NCBI RefSeq assembly: GCF_002105155.1
Contig: NW_019028981.1
Coordinates: forward strand, 496,001-560,000
Reading direction: 5' to 3'
DNA: 64,000 nt
Source: Lobosporangium transversale
Lineage: Eukaryota
Position 1 is the first letter of the stretch. Each line of letters opens with the position of its first letter. Below, piece by piece: positions 39,957 to 52,827 of this stretch. Below the pieces are notes generated by a model. It was given only the letters and a program-made list of their open reading frames with translations, was not told where the DNA came from and did not search any database. The translations under genes were made by a program, and so were the position numbers.

Positions 39957-40548
39957 AGATTTACAAGGTGTATGATGAGATTACAGCATTTATAAGAACA
40001 AGGGCTTTAGTTACTGCTCAGATGCCACGCGAGGAAATGTCCACACGGCGTCAGAAGGAGAAATAGGAAAAATAGGGGCAGGAGAAGGAATAAACAAATA
40101 GAACAAATAAACAAACAAAAGAGGAGAGACTTGTCTACAGTGTTCTCTCGGATGAAGGATTAAAAAGCCAGAAAAGAATAGGTGTAAAGGATATCTTGAA
40201 CGAACATGTCAATGTGTAGTAGCGCTACTTCTGGCGTTATCTTAAGAGCGAACGAGTGCACATGAGCAAAGAGAGATCAAGATGGGGTATACTGGGTGTT
40301 GAGAAAGAAGGGTATGCAAAGGAAAGGAGACAAGAGAGAAAGAGAAAGAAAGAAAGAAAAAAAAAAATAGAAAGAGAGAAAGAAAGAAAAATAAAAAAAA
40401 GGGGAAAATGATCAAAGGAAGGGGGCAGGACAAGTATATCGGACCCATGTTCTGTATGCGAAGATCGTGTCCCACCTTCACTCATAATTTTTTTTTTTTT
40501 TTTTCTTAAACCGAATTAAAAATAAAATAAATAAACAAACCAATTGTA

Positions 40549-40581
<33 letters not shown>

Positions 40582-42060
40582 ACGCTAGTAACTTTCTCTC
40601 TTTCTCAGCATATAGAGGCGAAGGTAAGAAATGTTGCCCTGACTAACATCTCTTGTATTAAAATAATTTATTCCCGTGTCTGATATGAATAGAAGGCATG
40701 TGGGAAGAGAGATGCATGAGCACTACTTTTGCTGCTGTACCTGTGAAGTTCGTTTATGGGATAATAAAGGATAGCGATAATATATAATAATGACAAGGAT
40801 AATGATAATGATGGTAATGATGATGGTGATGATTATAATGGAAATAAATGTGATAGTAGGACATTTCTAGTCAAAAAAGATATGTCTGTCCGTTGAGCTA
40901 CTCTTTGTGTGCATCGCCACCTCTTTTTCCTCGCCAGGTTTTCTTCTTCATTCATGTGTCCTCGTCTTTTCGTTTAGTCCATCAGTCTTCTTTGATATAC
41001 GTCCTTCCCACTTCTGTGATCAGCCAGGAGTAAGGAGGGGATGGAATGGGATAGGATGGGTCTATTTTTGTAGACTTGCTGCTGTTTGTTGCCTGGAATG
41101 TGTATTTTTTAATATTGTGCGTGCATGTGTATGTTATCAACGAAGTTTCGTCCAAGATGAACATTCACACTTAATCGCATCTCTTGAATGATTCAGAACC
41201 AAATGAGCGAACTTCTTTTTCTATTCTCTCCTTCTCTTCTCTCTCAAGGAAAAGAGAGAAAAAACTGTAACGATGGTCTCGTCGCTGCTTGGAATATGAG
41301 AAAAAACATCTTTCGCCTCATCCATCCATCCATCCATCCATTCATCCATCTGAATGTGACCATGGTATTGCTCATGTGCAAGCTCATCTTCTCAGGGGAT
41401 TTCATTTCAAGTCATTCATGATTTCCATTACATCCAAATAGATTGCATATTTTTAAGAATACGTTCGTACCTTTTTCTTTACCTCCTTTTCTCCACTTTT
41501 TTTCTTTTTTTTTTTTCTTTCTTTTTCTATAGACTGCTTTAGGGATAAGGATAACAGTGATAGATGATGAAGGAAGAAGGTGAAGAAGAAAAAAGAGGAA
41601 AAAAAAAAAAGTGAGCCAAGAGCTGAAAATCTGGTCTATACGACACTGTAACAACACAAAGATAAGAGAAGCCCTCCTCTGTAGTATTTCTCTTGCTCAG
41701 CCGAAAAAGAGAGTACTCCGTGAGGTAATAACCTGTCTCAGGGATTACAACTGTGAGCCATGGACAGCTCTTTCTCTTTCAGTTTGATCCTCGTGGCATG
41801 GTATTTCATGTCTGCGCCACCAATGCAAAAATATGTATTGCTCTTGCATGCTGGGCTGAGTCGCGTGCAATGTCCCCTGCGTACATTAAAAACTCGACCT
41901 CTTTGTTCTTCTGTTCGCTTCTTTTAGTCCTATCCTTCTTCTTTTCTTTTCTTTCTTGCTTATTTTTTTTATTCGCCATTGCTATTGCTATTGCTATTAC
42001 CACCACTCCAAGCCGCCGCTACATCCATAAACTAACCTTCTAGAAAGTAAACCTTAAGTA

Positions 42061-42981
42061 ATGGCCATTTATTTCACTGGGGCGGATCTTGTTCTCTTTG
42101 CCATCGCGTTCTTCATACCTCCACTCGTAAGTTGTGCGAAGAAAAGGAAAATAACCTACATCCCTCTATTATTCTACTAACGCATCATGTTTCTAAAAAG
42201 AAAAAAAACTCACCCCGATTGCTTGCTTCTCTTTTTTTTTCTTTATAAATGAATAGGCAGGTAAAGACCATTGTTTCATTTACCAATTTCCTGCTATCCA
42301 AAGCATATAATGAAAAAAGACTGGCACGCTGCTGTATTGTATTCCCTAACAAATAAATGAAATGGTCTCACTTCCACTTTACTTTTCTGATATATCAGTG
42401 GTCTTCAAGCAAGGATGTGGATGTGAACTTCTCATTTGGTAAAGAAAACTCTGTTACGAATTTTTTTTCCCTCTCTCTTTACTTTTTGCTCGTATACTTT
42501 CCATTTGTTTTTCTATTTTGTTGATGTGGGTTGTCAGTAAAATGATGATGCCTATTGACCCCTGATCTTTTTGCCCTTGATCTTGCCGTTCAATGCATGA
42601 AAACCTTTTTTTGTTTGCATAAAATTACCGTTCACAGATTGTCCACCATTTGATAATCAACACAAGTTGCTTCTTGCTTACTTTTTTTTCTTTTTTTTTT
42701 TTCCCTCTTGTTTTAAACATGATAGCCTCTGTTTGACCCTTCTCGGACATATCCCAGGCGTTGTGTATGCTTGGTGGGTCATTTACTCAAACTGCGAGGA
42801 TCCTTTGGCGTATCGCCCGCTCCATAATAACAGTCGTCCACCCCTTCGTCCGCAGACTAGTTCTCAACGTAGGACCTATTGCGAAGTGGCTGCCTCACCT
42901 CCACCAAATGGTACTCTTCCTGAAGCTGGTGTCATTCACCACTACAATAGCACTAAGAGCCAAAGTCTATCCAAAAAATAA
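42061..42981 (+). CDS. PMP3: PMP3/UPF0057 small membrane proteolipid with C-terminal extension; exons 42061-42126, 42257-42260 (4 nt), 42399-42438, 42726-42981 (121 aa)
   Basis: The spliced product MAIYFTGADLVLFAIAFFIPPLAVVFKQGCGCELLICLCLTLLGHIPGVVYAWWVIY matches the PPLAV...G.IPG..A family pattern. Confidence 0.88.
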
Positions 42982-43183
42982 AACAATCCCTCTACATCTT
43001 TCATATATTCACATAACGGGTTTATACAGAGCTCGGAAGATTTGGGTATTTAAGTCAATTGCTTTACTTTGAAGAGACATAATACAGATGTCAAGACTAT
43101 TTGCAAAATATAAAAATAAACACTTTTTTCCGGCCTCAATTGCTGCTGATAGGAAGACCTTCAAACTTGATGTCAAGACCGTT

Positions 43184-45231
43184 CTAGATGGTATTATTAT
43201 GGTGTTGGTGATGATGATGGTGGTGATGACTATTCTTGGCGCCATGAGTAGTAGCAGTGGCAGCCAGGATGGCCTCCTCTACAGGCTTGACTACCAAATC
43301 TGGGTAATGTTGTTCCTTCATTCGCTTGAGCGTCTCACGGGCCTTCTCTACCATACCGTTGTCCAAGTAAGCAGTCACCATGCTCTGGTATGTTGAAGGC
43401 TCCTTAATAATCACATTGTTGTTCTTGCCAGTAGATGTAGCATTAGCTGCGCTGGGATCCATCATGGCCTCAAAAACCTGCTCAGCCTTGAAGATATTCT
43501 TCTCAATACCGTATCCACGGATCAAGGTATTTTCAATATACGCACTGGAAGGTTGACCTGTTTTCAAAAGTTCATTTCGCACCTGAACTGCACGCGAGAC
43601 TTGATTATTGGTGATAAAGGACTCGATTAAGGATTGATAAGCTGGACCTTTGGGAACAATGCCTGCAGCTCGCATATTATTGAAGGCTGTCTCCGCAGCA
43701 CTTACATCCCGGTGCTCAACGCCATAGGCATGAATCAAAGCTCCATAGTGAGCCTCAGTAGCACGGACAGGGCCACGCTTCAAGGACTGAATTAAACAAT
43801 TAGCCTCCGTCAGATCATAAGGTTGAATACATGCAAAAGCCTCCACCAACAAAGTATAGGTATGCTCTGTCGGGACCAAACGTCGCTGGAGCATGTCCTC
43901 ATAGTAGAACAGAGCCGACTGACGATCCTTCTTTTGACGGACATAGAATTGAATCATAGCATTATGAGGACCATGACGAGCATGGTAGTTGGGTGCGTTA
44001 ACCATCTCCTGGAACAGATTCTTGGCCATATCTTCGGATCCAACTCGGGTACAGGCGCTGATCAACGTACCATAGGTGATAGCATTGGGACGAATGTTGT
44101 GCTGAACCATCTCTTCATAAACTTCTAGCACACGCTCGATTTTGCGGCCGCGTGAAAGTTTACCAATAACCACATTATAGAAAAAGATATTGGGCTTAAT
44201 GTTGTGGCGCTTGACCTCTTCCAGGATTCGAAGTGCATCATGAGCTTCGTCCACAGCTCCTGTAGTCGTAGCGATCAACAGTGTCGCATATCCAGTCGCA
44301 TCCGGGAACTGACCCAACTTCACAATATCGTCATAGTTCTTCTTCGCACTGGTCATGTCACCCAGAGTCGCATTGGCAACCAACATGGCGTTGTAGATCT
44401 CGTATTCTGCGGTTCGCCTTTGGCTCACATCTGTAATTGAAGCAAGCGATTGTTCAGCTAAGGCAAAGAGTCGTTTGTAATCTGTTGCTCGCTCCTTCTC
44501 GCGTTTTGCGCATACTTGAATTGTATCTGCAATGGCCTGAGCAGAAGGAAGTTGGTTCTGGCTGATCATCTTGTTGATACTCTCTATCGCTGTAGTTGCA
44601 TAACCTAATCGGCATGCACGGATAATTGCTTCCGAAGGATCGTTGGCATTGCTGTTGTTGTTTCGTGGAGATGTTGCTGAGCCCTGAGAGCTAATGCTGG
44701 AGGATCGACTGCTATTGTTGCTATAGTAGGAAGAGGGAGTTGTCGATCCTGACACTGAACCAATTTCGCTCAATTCCTGCTCTAAATCTTCAGGCACAGT
44801 GGGGCGATATCCAGGGTAGATCTCTTGTACAGCAGTATCCCATGCAAGCTGGCCAGTGTAATCGTTGAGCTTCATGAATGAGAGCGAGACTTGAGAGCAC
44901 ATCTCTTGGCTTGGTATAATGTTCATTTCCTTGGCATCCAAAAGAATTTCAATCAGATGCTTGTATCGATTGATAGTTTTGAGAGATGACTGCAAAGAGA
45001 GCAAAGTCTCGATATCATTCACATTGATAAGGGTTTTGACTGCATCCAATCCTGCATTGGTCTTAAAGTTGCGGTATGTACGAAGAGCGCCATCTGCAAA
45101 TCCTGAAGAAGCAAGCAATCCATGCCTGAAAGAAACAACGTACGGAGTTTAATAAAAACAAGCACATTAGCAGCAGGAAGAGAAAAATAATATTCGGAGC
45201 AACCGGAGTTACAAAAGAATAAAACTGTCTT

Positions 45232-45264
<33 letters not shown>

Positions 45265-46007
45265 TACCTTTCAAGTAGCTTGGCAAGTGAGAGTGCTTGC
45301 GAAAAATCGCTGCTGTGGTTCGCAATGTCTTTGGCTAGAGAAGCATAAAAGGTCTTGTGGGAAGTTGTCATACCTCTGCCCTGATTCTGGTGACAGTCCA
45401 CAAGCATAGACAGCGCCTTTTCTGCATCCTTGGGGCTATTCATGTCCAAGAACTGTGCAACAATACGAGAGGAAAGAACAAAGTCTGCATACAGCCCTTC
45501 ATGTTGCATCTTTTGTAGATATGAAAACACTGTTCGAGCATCCTGTCCACTGATGGCTTCCCATGCATCACTCGAGATTTCGCTGTACTTTGGAATCACA
45601 GGCTTGCTGCCATTGTTATTTGTGGCAGATTTATTGAAGTCCTTGCGGAAGTTTACATTGGCAGTCAAAGGTCCTTGAAATCGTTGGTGTGATGTCGACA
45701 AAGAGAGAGAACCAAGTGGGCTGTTGGTCGAGAAATGCGACGAGGCAGCAGCATTGTACCCATGGAATTGATATGCCCCTGTGACAGCAGCACTGTTGTT
45801 GTTACTATCGCGGTTCGCTTGAGTGGAAGAAAAGGAACGGACAGGGTTGGAAGGCGCATTGGCTGCGGAGACATTTCCTCCTTGAGCGGCAGTACGCTGT
45901 GACAGTGTCAGAACCGAGTTCTTGGTGTTTCCGAGAGGCATGAACTGACGAGACACACCCTGACGGGTGATGTTTCCCAGCATAGCAGTTGTCTTGAGGT
46001 TCATCAT
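43184..46007 (-). CDS. Pentatricopeptide-repeat (PPR) protein, probably mitochondrial; exons 46007-45268, 45125-43184 (893 aa)
   Basis: Tandem ~35-aa repeats (YNVVIGKLSRGRKIERVLEVYEEMVQHNIRPNAIT, YGTLISACTRVG..., YTLLVEAFA..., YQSLIESF...). The R/S/T-rich, acid-poor N-terminus includes VRSFSST. His-rich C-terminus. Confidence 0.9.
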
Positions 46008-47559
46008 CTTGGATATATACTAGGTTTTTTTTGTGGTAAAGCTCGTTACGGAAAGGGTTCTCCTTTTTCGTAGGGTATTTAAATTTAAAAGTACAAAAAA
46101 ATGTCGTAACCAAGAGTGGGGTGAGAAAGAATGAGAGAAGAGAGGGAAAAAGATAAAACTAAAAAATTGCTTGTTTCGTTGCTTGCTATTAGAATAAGAG
46201 TAGGAAAAAAGAAAAGGAAAAAAAAAAAAAAAAAAGTAAAAGACGCCAGCATATAAACAGATCCAAAGGAACCATGAACAAATGAGCTGTTTGTCATGTA
46301 ACGACAGAAGCCGATCGAACCGAATGGTGTGTTGTTGGGCCAGAGGAGGCTCTTATTACAAAAAAGGAAATTTGTCTCAGGGAATGAAAGCAGGCGGGTA
46401 GCTCCGAAGACGAAAACGGTCTCTTCCGATGAGGGGTAAAAAAAAATGAGACAAATTGTTGACATGACATTCACAAATAGAAAAAATAAATATTTAATTG
46501 CATGTATATACCATCTCGTGCAATTAGATATGCCCCATTAATCCCATTAATTGCATGTCGTGGACACCAATCAACCAAAAGTTGAAGCCTTGCAGGGAAA
46601 AATATTTCAAGTCTAAAGAATTTGCACACATGAACCATATGAACGAGTCAAAAAAACAACTGCTTCATGCTACTGGGCCACCATCTGGTGCATGATTTGC
46701 ATATCCGAAACTCAAAATAAGCATGATTATGCTTTATAATGTCAGATGGCTCATGCTCTGTCTCTCCGTCTCTTTTCACACCCGAGACAACTGATGGATC
46801 TACGATTACAAAAACATATCATTAATAAATCTCATTTCGTGCACAATATCCCAGGGTACATGAGCACACGATTACCAAGGACTGATGCTAAAAAAGTAAC
46901 AAGTCAATGTGATATATCATGATCGTTTTAGGCATTGTGCTTTTGAAAGAAATGCTACTTCCTAAGACGCTCCAGTAAGGTAATTACGGCAATGATTCTT
47001 TGAGACTGTCAGCTGTGCTAAATGGGCTTATCAGTCTAAATGGAGTAACATTCCCGTCAGAAAAGCCGACGTGGTTGAGACTGCGGTAAAGGGAAGTTGA
47101 CGTGCGTGTATTAACAAAAACTTGGCGGTGTGCCCTCATAACACCATGGCCCCATAAATATCTGAATATTTTCATCTTACTCGCAATACACTCACATGTA
47201 AATGAACTTCACATATTCATCTTATTTGACAGCAACTTGAATAATTCTAATGATAAATATTTCCATGAGTTCGAAGCCCTATTTATACTTCTTCGGCTTT
47301 CTCCTACTCAATAGCAGACTTTAAAAGCAGTAATGAGATTTCAAAATTACTCTCTTAACTAAATTCCTGCTACAACTACCATAATGTGGACCACGTTAAA
47401 AGCAGTTTGGATAAGTACTTTGTATGTACATTTGTTTTAGGCACCTTATACTATGCTGGGACTGGCTTCCTTCTACGGAGATAAAGAGCAGGGCGTAAGT
47501 GGACCAAACTCTTGACATTGCACAGTGTATTCAGTGTATGTGGTGTAGGTATCATTTGG

Positions 47560-48006
47560 ACTGGACGCGCTGTTGCTCTTCTTGAAGCACTATTTCAAAC
47601 AACTGAAGGCTGCTTAGGTAGACTCCGTCAGCTTTACACTTATGGGACTATATAGCTATAGCCCAATCATCCTCTGCCCATTTCCTGTACCTTCTTTAAT
47701 GAACCGCTGGTCCTTTGACAATCATTTTGGCCATTAGCCTTGCTTCATAATTGACACTAAATTTTAATAGCGGAGACGGATCGTAGAAACAGCTTATTGG
47801 CTTCATTAGTAGCCTCGATTGCTGTTCTGAGGACTCCTTTTCTACATTCTCTTCTTGGACGATATCATTTACTCCCTCGTGTTTATCAGAAGAAGCTCAG
47901 TAATGGCTGACGTGGAGCTCATGAGGCGCCTGGCAGATTCACGAGTTAACCTTGCATCATCGGATCATATGGCCGCCTTGACTTTTGCCCGAGTGACCAG
48001 CTTCAT
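47560..48006 (-). mobile_element. Heavily decayed, 3'-truncated Tc1-like transposase relic
   Basis: Minus-strand translation across stops and frameshifts gives MKLVTRAKVKAAI*...TRESARRL (HTH-like), GVLRTAIEATNEANKLFLRSVSAIKI*CQL/EARLMAKMIVKGPA and YRKWAEDDWAIAI*SHKCK...DGVY. This follows the Tc1 pattern VS..TIRR.L.EAGL.A....KP...W...DW..VIWSDESK. Confidence 0.7.
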
Positions 48007-49373
48007 ATTTGGCTGGAGTATGGAGGAGAGAGATGGATAAAGGAGGATAGAGATAGATGATTTTATGTGCTTTAGTTGCCAACAATATGTCAGCATTCAA
48101 GTGACCAATCGACCTGTTGTGACAACCATAAGCCAAAAATACCGATCCTATTGCTGAGAATACGGGTTAGCATAGTACAGTAGTAGTGTTTATAGCGTCT
48201 TCATGGCCAATCAAGGATACATAAGAGAAAACAGCGTCAAATCAAAATTTTTGATTCGAAACACTAAATGTATGTAGTATGTACGATATGTTTGTACATG
48301 TGTGTGTGAGCGAACCATTACAGGCGATAAGTGGTAAAGACGTAGCAGTAAAAAGACTTTTAAGGTGTGAAATGAATGTTGGACCGAGTCTAACTGCGTC
48401 AGCCATTTAACCGCATGATAGTCCCTGATCTCAATCTCTTCTTCTTACGACCTTGATAAAAGAACAAGGAGGATGTATCAGGCATCCATTACTCTGCAGT
48501 CTTCGTCTAGAGATGGATGACTTGGAAAGCACCACATACTTCGTGCAAGATAGTCCATGGCTATTGATTATTCATTTAGCAAGCGCTAAAGGATGTAGAG
48601 TATATACGAGTCGTATCAGTCAATTATCATCTATCTATCGCCTCAACCGCATTCTCACATATCGTTTACTGTTTAATCGCGCCAACGTCTGTCAATGAAG
48701 TAAGCAGTAAAAAAAAATTCTTCCCTTCTGAAGGTGCATGCAACAGGAACGTGGAAACTTTGATCTTTGCACTGCAAGTCAACAATACAGTTGTGAGAGC
48801 CCTGCACACGAGAAGAGTCATCGATTGCCAATTGTCGAACCAAAAAGGAAAAATGAGTAATAAGTTATCTTGTCCCTCCAATGTGGAGCGGGGAGAGACG
48901 CATGCATGGACCAGCCTAGTAACTAAAGCTGATTTCTGCTCTATATCTCCCCGAGTTCAACCATTTGGCATCATTACACTCACGCACAAACGCTTTTGTA
49001 GATCTTACGCTTATTCATTCGATAACAAGTCGTATAGATTTATTATACCACCCAAACTGCGAGAACAATAACCATCGAAAAATACTGTGAATGTGTGTAT
49101 GGTATATGTTACCATATCATACCATATCATATCTTTAACGTTCATTTCTGAAGGCTTCTTTTACAATTGGCTTTATTGATTAAAAGAGAGAGGAAACTAG
49201 CGTTATGTTCCAGCTGCGGCTGTAGAAGAGAAATGTGGGAGTGAAAGTTGATGATGAAACGTTCAGAAGAAAGCATGGATGTTCTTTTTATTTCAGTCTC
49301 GAACGTTGAGGGAGCGGGACAAAGATAGCTACTTGACTTGGGGTCAATAAAAATATTAATTTTAAATCAAAAC

Positions 49374-49380
49374 TGACTCA
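49374..49380 (+). promoter_or_regulatory. Gcn4/Cpc1-type bZIP site TGACTCA upstream of aspartokinase
   Basis: Perfect consensus ~300 nt before the ATG. Fungal amino-acid biosynthetic genes such as HOM3 are classical general-control targets. A 7-mer can also occur by chance. Confidence 0.55.
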
Positions 49381-49677
49381 TTCCACACCCGATTAATATT
49401 TGATTTGACTTATCTCTTATTCCTTGGAAAAGTCGTTAATCCTCCCCTGGATCATAAAACGCATTTTCTCTCTTCCTTCTCTTACCCCAATCTTCCTTCT
49501 CTCTCCCTTCTCTCTCTTGCATTGTTTCATTCTTTTGGTTGCTAGTTTTGATAGATCACTTCTCTCCGCTCTCCCTCTCTTTTTCTGTTTCAAAAACAAG
49601 TTTTTAATATTCTTTATTCATTGCATTCATACACAAGCATTCATTCATTCTTGCATTTCTCATTTCATTCTTTAAAG

Positions 49678-51750
49678 ATGCCTTCCATGACTGCTTCTCC
49701 TCTCAGGGACTCTCTTCCTCGCCGTGTTGGTATCGAAGTTAACACCAATGGCCACTCTGCTCCTCACACAAACGGCCATGCTACAACCACTGCAGCAGAC
49801 CCTGAGGACCCTAATTTTGCCAGTCAAAAGCCATGGCTTGTCCAAAAGTTCGGCGGTACAAGCATTGGAAAATTCATTGAAAACATCACAGGCACCATTG
49901 TTCAGTAAGATATCTTCATAATACAAAAAAAAAAAAAAGGGAAGTCTATAATCTTTTCTGATGGGCTATTAATCATTTTTTTTTTTTTTTTTTTTGTTCT
50001 ATTTTTTGTACCAGATCATATCTTCCAACGAATCGAGTCGTTGTTGTTTGCTCAGCAAGAAGCAGCGAAAGCAAGTCACTCGGTACTACGAACAGGTACA
50101 ATGATCATGATCCTTTGTTGGCAGTGCTGTCGATCCAATTGGTTGCTATTCCAAGACTAACCCCTCCTATCATTTTCGGCTTTCTACTTTGACATTCAAA
50201 CAGACTGTTGAGGGCTGCTAAATCAGCTATGAGTCCCGGATCCATTGAATATATCGAAGTAGTACAAGAGATTCGACTTGATCATCTTGACGTTGCAAAA
50301 AAACACATATCAAATCCTGAAATCCTTAAGCGGGTAATGGAGGAGGTTAACCAGGACTGCGACCGTCTCAAGGCATTCTTGGAGGCAGCCCAGGTAAGGA
50401 ATGATTACATTTCTCAAAAAAAAAAAAAGAAAGAGAGAGTCGAAGAGGGAAAAACTAAGCATGCCAACTATAATACTCTTTTTTTTTTTTTTTTTTTTTT
50501 TTAGATTATTGAGGAGATTTCACCAAGATCAAATGACATTATTATGGCAGTAGGCGAAAAGCTATCATGCAGAATTGTTGCCGGTCTGTTAGAGGACCGA
50601 GGTGTGGAGACCCAGTTTGTGAATTTGGAAAATGTGATTGAGACCAAATTCGAAGTTGAATTTTTGGATCAGAACTTTTATGATTACCTCTCACGTGCAT
50701 TTGCATGTGCCATATCCAATTGTGGCCACCGTGTCCCTGTTGTCACTGGTAAATATCGTGGAAGTAATGGTACCAAAAAAAAAAAAAAAAAAAAAAAACT
50801 TAACATTTTTGTCTCTATTATTATCGGTTGTACTTTTAGGATTCTTTGGCCCTGTTCCTGGCAGTTTGTTGACCAGTATTGGCCGTGGTTATACAGATCT
50901 TGCTGCTGCACTAATTGCGGTCGGTCTTGATGCAGAGGAACTGCAGGTTTGGAAGGAGGTGGATGGTATCTTCACGGCCGATCCTCGCAAGGTCAAGAGC
51001 GCAAGACTGTTGAACATCATCACACCAGAGGAGGCCTCCGAATTAACGTATTATGGCTCTGAGGTCATTCATCCATTCACAATGGAGCAGGTGATCCGTG
51101 CACAGATCCCGATCCGCATTAAGAATGTGATGAATCCCCAAGGCGAGGGTACAATTATCTTTCCGGATCAATCTTCGAGTACGAGCACGCCCAACGGCAG
51201 GAATACGCCTCCACCTTCGTACAAGGTCCTGTTAGAAAATGGCTATTTATTAGATATGTCACGGCGGCATCCTACGGCGGTGACCATCAAAGATAATGTC
51301 TGGGTGCTGAATATTCATTCGAATCGCAAGTCGGTTTCGCATGGGTTTTTTGCTCAAATTTTTAGTACGTTGGATCGATTTGGTATTGCAGTTGATCTGA
51401 TCTCAACGTCCGAGGTTCATATTTCAATGGCGTTTGGTGCAGTGACGAGTGAGATTGAGAAGAAGTGTATAGAATCATTGCGGTCGATTGGTACAGTTGA
51501 TGTGACGAAGAATATGGCGATCTTATCGTTAGTTGGCAAGCAAATGAAGAACATGGTGGGAATATCAGGCAGAATGTTCACGACGTTAGCAAAAGCGGGG
51601 ATCAACATTGAGATGATCTCCCAAGGCGCTTCTGAGATCAACATCTCGTGCGTGATTTTGGAGCGGCAAGCTCTAGATGCCTTGAACGTCATTCATGAAG
51701 AGTTACTGAGCAAAGTTGGAAAATACGAAGAGGCAGAAGACGATTCGTAA
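49678..51750 (+). CDS. HOM3: Aspartate kinase; exons 49678-49904, 50015-50095, 50204-50393, 50505-50748, 50840-51750 (550 aa)
   Basis: Contains VQKFGGTS, VVCSARS, GEKLSC, IGRGYTDL, WKEVDGIFTADPR and ELTYYGSEVIHP, then two ACT domains (EMISQGASEINIS). Confidence 0.96.
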
Positions 51751-52690
51751 AAAAAAAAAAAAAAAAAAAAAAAGAACAGAAAAAGAAAAAGAAAGCACTC
51801 CCTAATCAATGTAAATATTTATTCTTTTTTGATTTCTAAAGATCCTTCCTTTCTCTTCTTACTTGCATCTTTTACACTGATGATTTTAGTAATAACAATG
51901 ATAATAAAAAGAATAGAAGTGAGTGACACAGCCAAGCCTCTACTACGCATATTTACCATCAAATTAGAGAAAATTTGATCTTCGCCACACAGACTTTTGA
52001 CATTGAGACATTGACCAAGGTGCTGCACAGACAGCAGTCCCAAGTAATAAGATTTCTGTGGAGTTTCACCGGAAGCCTTGATCGCTGGGAGGAAAAGGCC
52101 ATTTTTATGGAAAAAGGTTGATGGCATTGGAAAGTAAGTTGGTCTAGAGCGATTGAAAAATATAATCCTGAAATAGAAGTAAAAAAAATGGGACTCTGGT
52201 GTAGAGTCGAGAATGGAGCACAGCCCAAGAGGGAGGGAGAGTTTTGGCTCAGCTCCATTCTGTGTATTTATTCATGATGTGGCGGAGGTATTACATGATA
52301 GGATGGGAGATGTTGTTGAGGCAGGCTGTGGTCAATAGGTTATGACTGATGGTATTGAATGTTAGCGGTATGAGGGAGACCCATTCATGGTAATGAAAAA
52401 AAATAATAATAACGGGCATTGCAATACACAAAGTCCTTGCTCACACAGGCATATTTTATTCACCTTTTTGAACCCAACGTTTTCTTTTTCTTTCTCTTTC
52501 TTTTTCTTCTTTCATCACTTTAATCTATTCGTATTCGCATTTGCATTTGCATCCAGGGGTCATCAAATCAACCAATTTCTATTTCACAATCATTGTCACC
52601 CATTCCATTCCAAAGCAGGACTTTCTGACACTCTCATATCTTCATACTCTTACATCTCTCATCAATCCATCATATAAAAAAGAACAAAAG

Positions 52691-52788
52691 ATGCATCGAG
52701 TACTACTGAACCATGGCCGTCCTCCAGTTGGCATGAACAAGCCTTTACCAGAACCACTCGTTGACCCTGATGAAGGAAAAACTCCCAT

Positions 52789-52827
<39 letters not shown>

